Shown here piece by piece: positions 19,508-30,422 of a stretch of 64,000 nt of DNA. The stretch is from an uncultured delta proteobacterium (GTDB taxonomy: Bacteria > Desulfobacterota > Zymogenia > Zymogenales > Zymogenaceae), in the NCBI GenBank assembly GCA_963735595.1, contig CAVTLK010000001.1, positions 416,001 through 480,000 on the forward strand, in the 5' to 3' direction. A program made the position numbers and the translations under genes. Under the pieces are notes generated by a model, which was not told the origin of the DNA, did not search any database, and saw only the letters and a list, made by a program, of their open reading frames with translations. Position 1 is the first letter of the stretch. Every line of letters begins with the position of its first letter.

Positions 19508-20560
19508 TCACTGGATCGGTCTGGTGTAGAGAGTCAGATAGCTGAACGCGTAGGTTCCGTCAGGAAGCCGATCCACGCAAAAGTCGACCCTGTTTACCTG
19601 GATCTCATAGTAATTGAGATTCCAGGGCTCGGTCACGATACAATACCCAACGATATTCCCGACCTCGTCAATCCTCGTGGATACCTCCTTGATTTTCCAT
19701 GATGTATCCCATGAACCGGTCAACCATACCTGACGGCCGAGCTCCTGCGCGCCGAGCCGTATCACCCAGTCGGTGTGAGCTACCCAGACCTCAAAAATCC
19801 CGGGAACGGCAAGCTTCGACACGAGGGACAAATCCCTCTTCTCAAGTGCGGCCTTGATCTTCTTCATCGGCTCACCCGGCGCACTGAAGAGGGGGGCCAA
19901 AGAATAGGAGTCTATAAATACCATATACGGGTCGAGAAGCTCTGTAGCCGTAGCGAAATTTTCTTCCAGCTCCACGCCCGGATATGTCTTCATGAAATAA
20001 GCGTACGCCGCCCGCGCCTCGTCGAATCGGTGGAGGTATACTAACGCCTCGATCCGATCTGAAAACGTGCCGAGCAAGGCGCCCGAGAGCCGTGCACTCC
20101 CGGTGATTGAAGCCCGGGAAAAATTTCGTTCGATCTGATCTATAATGAGCCGGCACTGCCCCTCTGTTTCCGTTAGTTTTCCAGACCCGCGTAATTGATA
20201 AAGCCTGTTTATTTCCTCGGAGAGCGAGGGCACGTCCCGGTAGGATGTTTCCGCGTCCGGGTCTTTGGTATTAAGCGCCGTATCGAAGACCCATCCCTCG
20301 ACTCCCCGATATCTGGCCAAACACCAGTGCCCCGAACTACCCCCCATCGTATCGGTTTCTTTCAAACAGAGGATAATAAGTACCGCCTCTCCCGCGCCCG
20401 GAGAGACGATCGTTTCCGAATTGACGTCGGGCCGTTCCCTGAGGTCCGTCTCTTCTCCCACGAGAAAGGCCTTAGGGTTTTCGGCGCCAAGAAGTGAAAG
20501 AGGAGAAAATAGACATCCTATCCAGACAAATAGAAGGAATGTGAGCACACGATATTGCAT
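19508..20560 (-). CDS. secreted SH3b-domain protein
   Basis: Signal peptide, DLRERPDVNS...WCLARYRGVEGWVF SH3b pattern. Confidence 0.65.
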   Translation of the reverse strand: MQYRVLTFLLFVWIGCLFSPLSLLGAENPKAFLVGEETDLRERPDVNSETIVSPGAGEAVLIILCLKETDTMGGSSGHWCLARYRGVEGWVFDTALNTKDPDAETSYRDVPSLSEEINRLYQLRGSGKLTETEGQCRLIIDQIERNFSRASITGSARLSGALLGTFSDRIEALVYLHRFDEARAAYAYFMKTYPGVELEENFATATELLDPYMVFIDSYSLAPLFSAPGEPMKKIKAALEKRDLSLVSKLAVPGIFEVWVAHTDWVIRLGAQELGRQVWLTGSWDTSWKIKEVSTRIDEVGNIVGYCIVTEPWNLNYYEIQVNRVDFCVDRLPDGTYAFSYLTLYTRPIQ

Positions 20561-20562
20561 GA

Positions 20563-21957
20563 TTATCCCTTTCCTGATGCCCCCCTGCTTTCCTCCAGGA
20601 CCTCCATAATCTTCTTTTCCGGATAGAATAAATAGACGATGATTCCCAGGATGCAGACAAAGGCGGTAAGGAATGCCGAGAGTCGTATACCCCCGGGGTC
20701 GGCAACGTCCTTTCCGAAGGCGGCAAACAGGTAGGCAAGCACCAGCGTCGCCACACCGAGGTTGACCTTCTGAACAAGGCCCTGCGCGCCGAAGTACATG
20801 GCGTCCCGATTTATACCGGTCTTGACGGCATCATATTCGGCAAGATCCGCAATCATTGCGTTAGGGACGGCGAGGAGCGCAGAGACCGGTATCCCCATTA
20901 CACCGAAGATGATGAAGGCCTGATTAACGGGAGACAGGATCAGTGCATCGCTGCCTAAAAAGTAGATGAGTACGGCGCATACGGCAAAAACCGCAAGGCT
21001 CAAGATCATGATCATCTTCTTGCCGATAACCCGGCTGGCTATATTTATTATCGGGAAAAATATGAGGGCCACGCCGAATACGAAGGCAAAGACAACGCTC
21101 GCGAACGTTTCGGGTTTCCCGAGGAGGACCGTGACATAGTAGGTCGCCGATTCCGATACAACATTGAGGCCGAACCAGAGGCAGATCGTGCCGACGAGAT
21201 ACGGGATAAAGGGGCGGTTCTTGAACGTAAGCTTGAGCGAGTCCCACATTCCGATCTGCGCGGGACCGGTCGCGCTGTAGCGTTTCTCATCAAGGGGGAT
21301 GATGCACAGATAGCAGAAAACGAGGCCCAGGGCACAAAGGATAACGATAGTATACTGGAGTGCCAGGGTCTTATCGATTCCCGCGCCTTCCAGAGCACCC
21401 CAGAGGGCGTATCCCCCGATCATGACGATAACCACGCCGACCAGCGAGAACGCCGCCTGCATCGTGGTAATGTTTATCCGCTCCTTGTTGGTATGTGATA
21501 GCTCCGGTATCAGCGCGAGCCACGGCGTAACATAGAAGGTAAAGAAAAAGAGGAGGCACCCCAGCATCAGCGCCATATAGACGGCGTTTCCCATCGTCGC
21601 GTGATCAGAAGGCGGGAAAAAGAGGAGCGCCGTCGCCACCATAAGGGGGAGCCCGCCGTATACGAGAAAGAACTTCCTCCTGCCGAGCTTCGACGTGCTG
21701 CTGTCGCTCCAGCTTGCCACCAGCGGGTTGGCGATCGCATCCACCACCCTGCCGAATATCGTGGCCAGACCCGCGACCGTCAATACCCAGAGAAACGTCT
21801 TGTTGCTGATGAGCTCGGTCATTCCCGATTCTTTGGGGGGAAGGTAAAAATAGAGCATAAAAGTAATCCATATCCGATCGGCGATGGTAAATCCGATATA
21901 GCCGCTCGAATACAGGATTTGCCCCCAGAGCGGGAAGCGTTTGACTTTTTTCTTCAT
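20563..21957 (-). CDS. MFS transporter, GPH (MelB-like) family
   Basis: DAIANPLVASWSD...GRRKFF, ALIPEL, about 12 TM helices. Confidence 0.85.
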   Translation of the reverse strand: MKKKVKRFPLWGQILYSSGYIGFTIADRIWITFMLYFYLPPKESGMTELISNKTFLWVLTVAGLATIFGRVVDAIANPLVASWSDSSTSKLGRRKFFLVYGGLPLMVATALLFFPPSDHATMGNAVYMALMLGCLLFFFTFYVTPWLALIPELSHTNKERINITTMQAAFSLVGVVIVMIGGYALWGALEGAGIDKTLALQYTIVILCALGLVFCYLCIIPLDEKRYSATGPAQIGMWDSLKLTFKNRPFIPYLVGTICLWFGLNVVSESATYYVTVLLGKPETFASVVFAFVFGVALIFFPIINIASRVIGKKMIMILSLAVFAVCAVLIYFLGSDALILSPVNQAFIIFGVMGIPVSALLAVPNAMIADLAEYDAVKTGINRDAMYFGAQGLVQKVNLGVATLVLAYLFAAFGKDVADPGGIRLSAFLTAFVCILGIIVYLFYPEKKIMEVLEESRGASGKG

Positions 21958-22092
21958 ATATAATGCCGCTCAGTAGTTTGTATTAGGCTAAACCATCAGG
22001 CCTAATTTGTCAATATTTTTCATTCTCTTGACGTAACCACGATCGGTATGCTATTGTTCTTGGACAATTTACCGTCTATCGTTGAGGTTCTC

Positions 22093-23556
22093 ATGCCGCT
22101 CCTAATCCACAACTCGCTTTCCGGTAAGAGAGAGGAATTCGTTCCCGTGACACCCGGGACTGTCACGATGTATGTCTGCGGGATCACCGCCTACGACTAT
22201 TCACATATCGGCCACGCCCGGGCCTACGTGGCGTTTGACGTTATCTACCGATACCTGAAATACAAGGGGTATGCCGTCACTTACGTGCGCAACTTCACCG
22301 ATATCGACGATAAGATCATTAAGCGGGCCAACGAATCGGGACGCGATACGAAGACCCTTTCGGAACAGTTTATTCATGAATACCACGACGACATGGACGC
22401 CCTCGGAATACTTCGGCCGGATATCGAGCCCAGGGCCACCGGGACGATCCCAGCCATGATCGACCTCATCACCCGCCTCTTCGAGAAGGGCTATGCTTAT
22501 CGCGCGGGTGACGACGTAGCGTTTTCCGTCAAGAAGTTCGCCGGATACGGGAAGCTCTCCGGCAAGAGAATCGACGACCTGGAATCGGGAGCTCGGGTTG
22601 AAGTGGACGACAACAAGCAGGACCCGCTGGACTTTATCCTCTGGAAGGCCGCCAAACCGGGTGAACCCTCCTGGGAGAGCCCCTGGGGTAAGGGGCGCCC
22701 CGGCTGGCACATCGAGTGCTCGGCCATGAGCGGCAGTATCCTGGGCGACACTATTGATATCCACGGCGGGGGTAAGGACCTCATCTTCCCCCATCACGAA
22801 AACGAGATAGCCCAGTCGGAAGCCGCCACCGGCAAGCCCTTCGTCCGATACTTCTTGCATAACGGGTTCGTCAACATCGACTCGGAAAAGATGAGCAAAT
22901 CCACCGGCAAGTTTTCCACCGTTCGGGACATCAGGAAACAGTACCATCCCGAGGTAATCCGGCTCTTCCTCCTTTCGGTGCAGTACCGCAATCCCGTGGA
23001 CTTTTCCGAGAAAAACCTTCGCGACGCCGGCGAAGCCCTCGACCGGCTCTATACGACCAAGGCCCGCGTGTTCGAGACGGCCGCAGGAGCCCCGCCCGAC
23101 GGCCCCCAAAACGCGGACCTGAAGGAGATCGATGACGCGGCTTCGGCCTTCGTCGCGGGGTTCGCCGAGGCCATGGACGACGACTTCAACACGGCCCTCG
23201 TGCTGGGAAGGATCTTCGACCTTTCCCGCCTGTTCAACCGGGTGCTCGATCGGCAAAAGGATGCGCCGAAGGCGCAATGGGTATCGCTGTCCGGCGCATG
23301 GAAGACGATTTCCGACGCATTAGGCGTTCTGGGTATTCTGGGGCGCGACCCGTCCGTCTACTTTGAGGAGGTAAAGGGGCTCAGGCTTGCCGGCGCGTCG
23401 CTTACCGCCACCGATATCGAGCGGCTCATCGCCGAGCGCAACGCGGCCCGAAAGGCCAGAGACTTCAAACGGGCCGATGCCATCCGCGATGAGCTGACCG
23501 GAGGCGGCGTTATCCTCGAGGACGGCTCGGGCGGCACGACCTGGAAACTGAAATAA
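22093..23556 (+). CDS. cysS: cysteine--tRNA ligase
   Basis: YVCGITAY, HIGH, GRPGWHIECSAM, HGGGKDLIFPHHENE, KMSKS. Confidence 0.97.
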   Translation: MPLLIHNSLSGKREEFVPVTPGTVTMYVCGITAYDYSHIGHARAYVAFDVIYRYLKYKGYAVTYVRNFTDIDDKIIKRANESGRDTKTLSEQFIHEYHDDMDALGILRPDIEPRATGTIPAMIDLITRLFEKGYAYRAGDDVAFSVKKFAGYGKLSGKRIDDLESGARVEVDDNKQDPLDFILWKAAKPGEPSWESPWGKGRPGWHIECSAMSGSILGDTIDIHGGGKDLIFPHHENEIAQSEAATGKPFVRYFLHNGFVNIDSEKMSKSTGKFSTVRDIRKQYHPEVIRLFLLSVQYRNPVDFSEKNLRDAGEALDRLYTTKARVFETAAGAPPDGPQNADLKEIDDAASAFVAGFAEAMDDDFNTALVLGRIFDLSRLFNRVLDRQKDAPKAQWVSLSGAWKTISDALGVLGILGRDPSVYFEEVKGLRLAGASLTATDIERLIAERNAARKARDFKRADAIRDELTGGGVILEDGSGGTTWKLK

Positions 23557-23589
23557 ACAGACAGACACCTATTTACTGGATAGAGCCAC

Positions 23590-24366
23590 ATGTCTTCACA
23601 CGTTGTCATCCACGAAAACCGCGGCCCCGTCTCATGGGTCATCTTCAACCGACCCGAAATCTATAACGCGTTCAACCTCGAGTTGGCCCGTGAGGCGTTT
23701 TCAGCCCTCTCACGCGCCATCGAAGACCCGGCCACCAGGGTCCTGGTCCTGGCGGGTGCCGGTAAGGCCTTCTCCGTGGGGGCCGACGTGCTGGAGGTGG
23801 GCGCCTCCGACGACCCGCCCCGGATCATCGGAGAGCTTGCCACCATCGCCCACCGCGCGATCGCCGAGGTCAGGCAGTCCCCCAAGCCGGTGGTCGCCGC
23901 GATAAACCGCCTCGCCGCCGGATACGGCCTCGCGCTGGCGCTCGCATCCGATGTCAGGATTGCCACCGAACGCCTGCGGCTCCGATATGCGTATTCATCC
24001 ATCGGACTGACCGGCGACGGCGGCATCAACTGGACACTGCCCCGCCTCGCGGGGACCGCCCGCGCACTGGAAGTGGCGCTCCTTGCCGAAGACATCCACG
24101 AACAGGAGGCGGCCCGACTCGGGATCGTCACGAAGTTCGTGCCGGAGGACCGTCTTGTCGAGGAGACCCAGGCGCTCGCCGAGCGGATAGCGGCGCTGCC
24201 CCCCAAAACGGCCTCCGCCATCAAACGGATGATCTACGGCTCGGCCGCAAGCGACCTCCTGGTACACCTGTCTGTCGAGCATGCGGCGCTGACGGACGCC
24301 GCCCGGACGCCGGAGTTCGCGGACCTCTTGAAGAGCCTCCTCGAGCAGTTTTCACCAAAGGGATAG
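23590..24366 (+). CDS. enoyl-CoA hydratase/isomerase family protein (PaaG-like)
   Basis: NRPEIYNA, AFSVGAD, KPVVAAIN, GLTGDGG. Confidence 0.85.
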   Translation: MSSHVVIHENRGPVSWVIFNRPEIYNAFNLELAREAFSALSRAIEDPATRVLVLAGAGKAFSVGADVLEVGASDDPPRIIGELATIAHRAIAEVRQSPKPVVAAINRLAAGYGLALALASDVRIATERLRLRYAYSSIGLTGDGGINWTLPRLAGTARALEVALLAEDIHEQEAARLGIVTKFVPEDRLVEETQALAERIAALPPKTASAIKRMIYGSAASDLLVHLSVEHAALTDAARTPEFADLLKSLLEQFSPKG

Positions 24367-24524
24367 GCGCGCGCATGTGATGTGATCGCGGCCGTCGCGG
24401 GGGGTATGACGAAGACCTCTGGAAATGCGGCATCCGAAGGTGACGGCCGGGAAACCGGACACACTAAGCAATACTAAACATCAACCCATAAGCTTACCGC
24501 TTTGAACGGTACCCGAACATAACC

Positions 24525-25313
24525 ATGGGAAGACCGGCTTTTCTCTATCACCTCATGATGCGCTTCTATAAGCCCTTTCAACGGCTTGAGCGCCTCCGGC
24601 TCTTCGGCGGTCCGTCGACCGATGAAACAAGCTCTTCCCATATCATTCCGGTCAACGAATCGATTGTGCCGGAAGGGGCGGTTATAGTTCCGATGAATAT
24701 CATAGCCGCCTTTGTCAGGCGGGCGGATTCGATTGCGATCCTGCGGGAATGCCTCTGCCGCCGCGGCGAAGGATGTTCCGCCTACCCGGCAGACCTGGGA
24801 TGTCTCCTCCTGGGCCCGGCCGCCCGGGATCTCCATGGGGGGTTGGGCCGGATAGTCGGCCCGGACGAAGCCATCCGGCACGCCGAACGGGCGATCCGTC
24901 TGGGACTTACTCCCCTGGTCGTGCACAACACGTTTGACGCGTCGCTGTGGGGGCTCGACTACCGGCGGATGATGAACATCTGTTTCTGCTGCGACTGCTG
25001 CTGCTCGGTCCGCCGGGCCGTCCGCCTCGGCATTGATACCGGGGCGTCTTCCGCGATGCACCGGCTGGACGGCCTTACCGTCACCATCGACGATCGATGC
25101 GACGGCTGCGGAGCATGTGTAACCGGCTGTTTCGCCGGGGCGATCCTAATCACGGGGGGACGTGCCGTTATCGACCAGGAACGGTGCAAGGGATGCGGCC
25201 GGTGCATGGCCGTCTGCCCGAAGGCTGCCATCACGATGCGCCTCGATCCCCGCCTCGACACCCCGGGGCGGCTCCTGGCCCATTACCGGAAGAGAAGCAG
25301 CGTCGGGATCTGA
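24525..25313 (+). CDS. 4Fe-4S dicluster binding protein
   Basis: CDGCGACVTGC and CKGCGRCMAVCP, plus CLCRR and ICFCCDCCC. Confidence 0.85.
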   Translation: MGRPAFLYHLMMRFYKPFQRLERLRLFGGPSTDETSSSHIIPVNESIVPEGAVIVPMNIIAAFVRRADSIAILRECLCRRGEGCSAYPADLGCLLLGPAARDLHGGLGRIVGPDEAIRHAERAIRLGLTPLVVHNTFDASLWGLDYRRMMNICFCCDCCCSVRRAVRLGIDTGASSAMHRLDGLTVTIDDRCDGCGACVTGCFAGAILITGGRAVIDQERCKGCGRCMAVCPKAAITMRLDPRLDTPGRLLAHYRKRSSVGI

Positions 25314-25349
25314 ACCGCAATCTACGAAAAACAGGGAGAAGCCCGCATA

Positions 25350-27356
25350 ATGCCGCTGACACGCACGTCACCGTTCGATATGCTTACCGATTTCGTCCCC
25401 AGGGGGGACCAGCCCCGCGCCATCGGCGAGCTGACCGAGGGAGTTATCCGCGGCGACAAACACCAGGCGCTGATGGGCGTCACCGGCTCCGGCAAGACCT
25501 TCACCATGGCCAACGTCATAAAGAATACGGGACTTCCGAGCCTTGTTATCGCCCCCAATAAGACACTGGCCGCCCAGCTCTACTCCGAGTTCAAAACCCT
25601 CTTCCCTCACAACGCCGTGGAGTATTTCGTCAGCTACTACGACTATTACCAGCCCGAGGCCTACATCCCCCGGACCGACACGTTTATCGAGAAGGACACG
25701 GCCATCAACGAAGAGATCGACAAGATGCGCCACTCGGCCACCCATTCGCTCCTCTCACGGGACGACGTCATCATCATCGCCTCGGTCTCCTGCATATACG
25801 GCCTCGGCTCGCCGGACGCCTACGGCGATATGGTGGTCCGGCTGGTCGTGGGTGAGACATTCTTTCGGGATGAGCTCTTGTTGTCGCTGGTCGAGAGCAA
25901 GTACGACCGTAACGATATCGATTTTTCCCGCGGGACTTTCCGCGTTCGGGGGGACACCGTCGAGATATTTCCCGTCTACGAGGACGACCGCGCCGTTCGA
26001 ATACAATACGACGGCGACACCGTGGAAAAGATCAGTTATATCGATCCATTGCGCGGCCGGGTCATCCAGACGCTTGACGAGGTAAGCCTCTTCCCCGGCA
26101 GCCACTACGTAACCCCCCGTGACCTGATGATCAGGGCCGTTGAGACGATCCAGGAGGAGCTCGCCCTTCGTATCGACTTCTTCCGGGAGAACAACAAGCT
26201 CATTGAGGCCCAGCGCATTCAGGAGCGCACCAATTTCGACCTCGAGATGATGCGTGAGATCGGTTACTGCCAGGGGATCGAGAACTATTCCCGGCACCTG
26301 ACCGGCAGAAAACCGGGACAGCCCCCGCCGACGCTCCTGGATTATTACCCAAAGGACTGGCTCATCTTCATCGACGAAAGCCATATCACGGTCCCCCAGA
26401 TCGGGGGGATGTTTCGCGGCGACCGGTCCCGCAAAGATACCCTCGTCCAGTACGGGTTCCGGCTCCCCTCAGCGCTCGACAACCGCCCGCTGACCTTTGA
26501 GGAGTTCGAGGGTATGGTGCACCAGGTGATCTACGTATCGGCAACCCCGGCAGACTACGAGCTTACAAAGGCGGGCGGCGTGGTGGTGGAACAGGTTATC
26601 CGGCCTACGGGACTCATGGACCCCAGGGTGGAGGTAAGACCGGCAACCCACCAGGTGGATGACCTCTATGACGAGATCAAGAAGCGCGTGGCGCTCGGTA
26701 ACCGCGTCCTCGTTACGACACTGACCAAGCGGATGGCCGAAGAGCTGACGACCTACTACGCCAATCTCGGCCTTCGAACCCGCTACCTTCACTCCGAGGT
26801 GGATACGCTGGAGCGCGTGGCGATTATTCGGGACTTACGGCTCGGCAAGTTCGACGTGCTTGTCGGCATCAACCTGCTGAGGGAGGGCCTGGATATTCCG
26901 GAGGTGTCGCTCGTGGCGATCCTGGACGCCGATAAGGAGGGGTTCCTGCGTTCCGGGCGTTCCCTCATCCAGACCAGCGGCCGGGCGGCCAGGAATATCG
27001 ACGGGACGGTCATCATGTACGCCGATATCGTCACCCGGTCGATGGACCAGGCCATCGCGGAGGCCAACCGCCGCCGCACGATTCAAAACGAGTTCAACAT
27101 AAAGAATAATATCACGCCCGAAACGATCAAAAAGGAGATCAGCGAGATCCTCAGCTCGGTCTACGAGCAGGATTACTACACCGTCAAAAAGGAAGAGACG
27201 GAGGAGATGAAGTTCAAGTCTCAGCATGAGGTCAAGCGCTACATAGAAAAGCTCAGAAAACAGATGCGCAAGGCCGCCCACGACCTGGACTTCGAGTTGG
27301 CGGCGGAGCTCAGGGACAAGATCCTTGAGGTCGAGAAGATGGAGATGATGTCCTGA
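25350..27356 (+). CDS. uvrB: excinuclease ABC subunit B
   Basis: [36 protein letters not shown] domain [11 protein letters not shown]. Confidence 0.98.
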   Translation: MPLTRTSPFDMLTDFVPRGDQPRAIGELTEGVIRGDKHQALMGVTGSGKTFTMANVIKNTGLPSLVIAPNKTLAAQLYSEFKTLFPHNAVEYFVSYYDYYQPEAYIPRTDTFIEKDTAINEEIDKMRHSATHSLLSRDDVIIIASVSCIYGLGSPDAYGDMVVRLVVGETFFRDELLLSLVESKYDRNDIDFSRGTFRVRGDTVEIFPVYEDDRAVRIQYDGDTVEKISYIDPLRGRVIQTLDEVSLFPGSHYVTPRDLMIRAVETIQEELALRIDFFRENNKLIEAQRIQERTNFDLEMMREIGYCQGIENYSRHLTGRKPGQPPPTLLDYYPKDWLIFIDESHITVPQIGGMFRGDRSRKDTLVQYGFRLPSALDNRPLTFEEFEGMVHQVIYVSATPADYELTKAGGVVVEQVIRPTGLMDPRVEVRPATHQVDDLYDEIKKRVALGNRVLVTTLTKRMAEELTTYYANLGLRTRYLHSEVDTLERVAIIRDLRLGKFDVLVGINLLREGLDIPEVSLVAILDADKEGFLRSGRSLIQTSGRAARNIDGTVIMYADIVTRSMDQAIAEANRRRTIQNEFNIKNNITPETIKKEISEILSSVYEQDYYTVKKEETEEMKFKSQHEVKRYIEKLRKQMRKAAHDLDFELAAELRDKILEVEKMEMMS

Positions 27357-27478
27357 CCGTCTCGAAAGCACGGGCGCCGTCGTCATGTTCCGTCCGTCGG
27401 AACTTGAGGATTTAATCTGCCTCTATTATCACGTCTCTCACTCCTCCGCGCAGCCGGTATCGCCTCCCGCGAATGAAA

Positions 27479-27501
27479 ACGGCCCCTCAAGTCGGGGCCG
27501 T
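27479..27501. terminator. hairpin between convergent uvrB and reductase genes
   Basis: ACGGCCCC-tcaagtc-GGGGCCGT. Confidence 0.4.
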
Positions 27502-27531
27502 CGAGAATCAATCGGCGATTCACCCGATTTG

Positions 27532-28758
27532 CTACCCCGTCAGCGCCTCCGACGACGATATCCGTATAGAGCAGTTGCCTACCGGGTAGGTCGAGCATGT
27601 ATGGACGAATCCGTACTGCCTGTCGACCCGGCGGCGCGCGTCGGTCTCCGGTTCGATAAAGACCTCGCCGGAGATCAGCTCGGCCCGGCAGTTCCCGCAC
27701 TGGCCCGACCGGCAGCGGCTGTCCGTAACGATCCCGGCGCGCTCCAGCCCCACGAGTATCGGCTCCTCCGCCCGCGCCGTGATCGTCTTCTGGTCCCAGT
27801 CTCGTAAGACGGTTAGTTGATACTCCCTTCCCCGCGCCTTCTTCGGAAAAGCAGGGTGAGTCGCGATGAGTCGGTTTGGCCCGGAGACCTCCCAGCGGAT
27901 CCTCCGGCGCGGAATTCTGAGCCTTTCGGCCTCTGTGATAAAGAAGCTGTAGAGGGCCTGTGGACCGCAGACAAAAAATGACGTATCGCCAGTTTCAATG
28001 TTGTCGCCGATTTCCCGTGTGATCATTTTCGCGTCGATGAATCCCGTGGCGCACTTTTCCGTGCCGTCCGGCTCGCTCACCACGTAGCAGACCCTCAGGC
28101 GGCCGACGGCGGTTTTGGACAGTGACATGAGCTCCTGTTCGAAGAGGGCGTCGGCCATCGTCCTGACGCCATAGAGAATCGTAAGCGTCGCGTCCATTCC
28201 GCCGTGAGCAACCTCGCGCGCCATCGAGAGAAACGGCGTGATCCCCGAGCCCCCCGCAACGGCCACGATGTTGCGCGCGTCCCTCAACGGCTCGTGGTAA
28301 AACTCCCCGTGGGGGCCGGAGGCCGATAGACGCGTACCCTCCCTGAAGGTAGAGAAAACAAGGGGGGATACAAACCCGTCGGATAGCCGCTTGACGGTGA
28401 TCTCATAGAACCCGCCTCCCGCCCCGTTCGCTTCGAAGGGGGCCGACGAGATCGAATAGGGCCGGCTGACGCTCGCCCCGTCGAACGTCCCCTTTAATGA
28501 GAGGTACTGCCCCGCGCGAAACGGCGGCAGCTTCTCGGTCGCACCGGCGGCTTTCAGCCGATACGTCCGGGCGTCCGGCCCGTGCTCGGCGATCCGCGAG
28601 ACAACGAGGTCCAGGACCGGGGGGTGCAGGATCGAAACGGTGCGCCGTACCGGATCGGTGACATCGATAAAGGGGCGGGCCGCGGCCTTCCTGGCGGCGC
28701 GCTGAGCTAGCGCCCCTACCGTTCTGCCAACTCCCGCGACAAACCGAAAGAGATTCAT
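27532..28758 (-). CDS. FAD/NAD(P)H oxidoreductase with C-terminal 2Fe-2S domain (FNR/PaaE-like)
   Basis: RPYSISS, GFVS, AGGSGITP, FVCGP, CRSGQCGNC...C. Confidence 0.88.
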   Translation of the reverse strand: MNLFRFVAGVGRTVGALAQRAARKAAARPFIDVTDPVRRTVSILHPPVLDLVVSRIAEHGPDARTYRLKAAGATEKLPPFRAGQYLSLKGTFDGASVSRPYSISSAPFEANGAGGGFYEITVKRLSDGFVSPLVFSTFREGTRLSASGPHGEFYHEPLRDARNIVAVAGGSGITPFLSMAREVAHGGMDATLTILYGVRTMADALFEQELMSLSKTAVGRLRVCYVVSEPDGTEKCATGFIDAKMITREIGDNIETGDTSFFVCGPQALYSFFITEAERLRIPRRRIRWEVSGPNRLIATHPAFPKKARGREYQLTVLRDWDQKTITARAEEPILVGLERAGIVTDSRCRSGQCGNCRAELISGEVFIEPETDARRRVDRQYGFVHTCSTYPVGNCSIRISSSEALTG

Positions 28759-30391
28759 TGTGCAACGCTCCTTCCTATGACCTCTCGTCCCGATTTCCGT
28801 TTCATCTTTCCCAGCACCGCCAGCGCCGCAAGCCTGCCGGTGCTGATCGCGGCCGAGTATCCCTGCACCAGCAATCCGTGTCCCCCCACGAACTCGAGCC
28901 CCTTGACATACCCCTCCAGCGGCAGGGACAGTGCCCGCGCGATCACCGAGTCCCACACGTCATGCTCGTAGCCGTAGACGACCCCCTTGTGGGAGCCGGT
29001 ATATCGGCAAAAGGTCTGCGGGGCGGCCGACCTCGATCTCCTCGATGTGGTCAAATAGATTCGTGCCCATCGTCCGCTCGACGTGCCCAACGGCCGACCG
29101 GGCAAACCGCCGCTTCGTCTCGAAATAGTCGTCCGGCGATACCTGCCCCCAAACATCGGCGCCGTAGGATTGATTGAGTATCAGCTCGCATGTCCCCGGA
29201 GGTGACACACCCGGGACGACGTGATTGGGGCATAGCGCCGAAGTGGCAATGTGGGGCACCAGCGTATCCCCGATATCGTACGCCTTCCTCGTATCCATGT
29301 CGGGGCCCAGGTAGTATTCGTGATGATGGAGCCCCAGGTCGTTTGCCGGGCGGTCAAGCCCTATGTATACGACGAAGAGGCTGATGCCGTGTTTCCGGGC
29401 GGCGGTGAGCTTCTTTGCGCGCCCGGGGAACCGCGTCGGCGGGGCTGATGAGCCGCCCGTAGACAGTTGTGGGGGACGCGTTTGAAATCACCCAGTCTGC
29501 CCCGACCCGGCGCCCCCCGCTCGTCTCGACCCCTATGACCCGCCCCCGGTCGACCAGGATCTTTTCGACCCGCGTATTGTAGCGGGTTTTGCCCCCCAGC
29601 TCCCTGATCTTCTTGTCCAGCACCGTGGAAATTTGAAACGAGTTAATCGGCGGGTAGTAACATCCCCGGGTGAGCACCGAATTGATGGCCGTCGCCCAGA
29701 TTGTAAAGGACATCCGCTCAAACGGGATGCCGATATAGGGCCAGAATACGCCCAGTATGGATACTGCCTTCGGCGGCAGGTGAAACCGATCCGTCACCTC
29801 TTTTGCAGTATAGCCCGCCGTGGCCAACAGTGCCTTGTGGTTCTTGACAAGCACCAGAGGATCGGGCTTTCCGTCTGCTCCGGCGATGTAGTCGATCGCG
29901 CGTCCGATCTCGAGGCACAGGTCCATATACTCGCGCAGCGGCTTGAAGCTTCCCGGGACCTCTCCCGCCACCACGTCGATGAACCCGTCCATGTCAAACG
30001 GGACATCGACGTTGATCCCCTCGTCGGAGAGGATCAGGTGATACCCCTGGTCCACCCTGACCATGGGGATGTTCAGATCGAGTTCGTCCTCGAAGAGCTT
30101 GCGAACGAACCCCTTGTTTCCTGCCGGCCCATAATCGGTCAGGATGTGGAGAGACGCCTCGAACTCGAAGCGCCCCCGGCGGAACGACGTGGCAAATCCC
30201 CCGGGCATGCCATGCTGCTCCAGGAGCATTACCCCGACTCCCTCCCGGGCAAGCTTTGCCGCCGCCGACAACCCCCCCATTCCCGATCCGATGACGACGA
30301 CTTCCGTAACCTCGTCGAAGGATGAACGAGAGACTCCTTCGTGCTGCACCTGAGACGCTCCTTTTATACGATTTACGAAAACCCGCGACAT
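28755..30391 (-). CDS. phytoene desaturase/CrtISO-like FAD-dependent oxidoreductase (several frameshifts, 28990-29420)
   Basis: IGSGMGGLSAA, LEQHGMPGGFATSFRRGRFEFEASLH, VISNA, RYTGSHKGVVYG, GYSAAISTG. Confidence 0.82.
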
Positions 30392-30422
30392 GACTTCGCA
30401 GGAAAGCCGTGCCCGTGCGGCC

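Noticed and set aside
22201..23277. Long antisense ORFs (here and opposite VIT-VWA, uvrB, leuS, metK)
   Set aside because: These are shadow ORFs caused by GC-rich codon bias of well-supported genes on the other strand.
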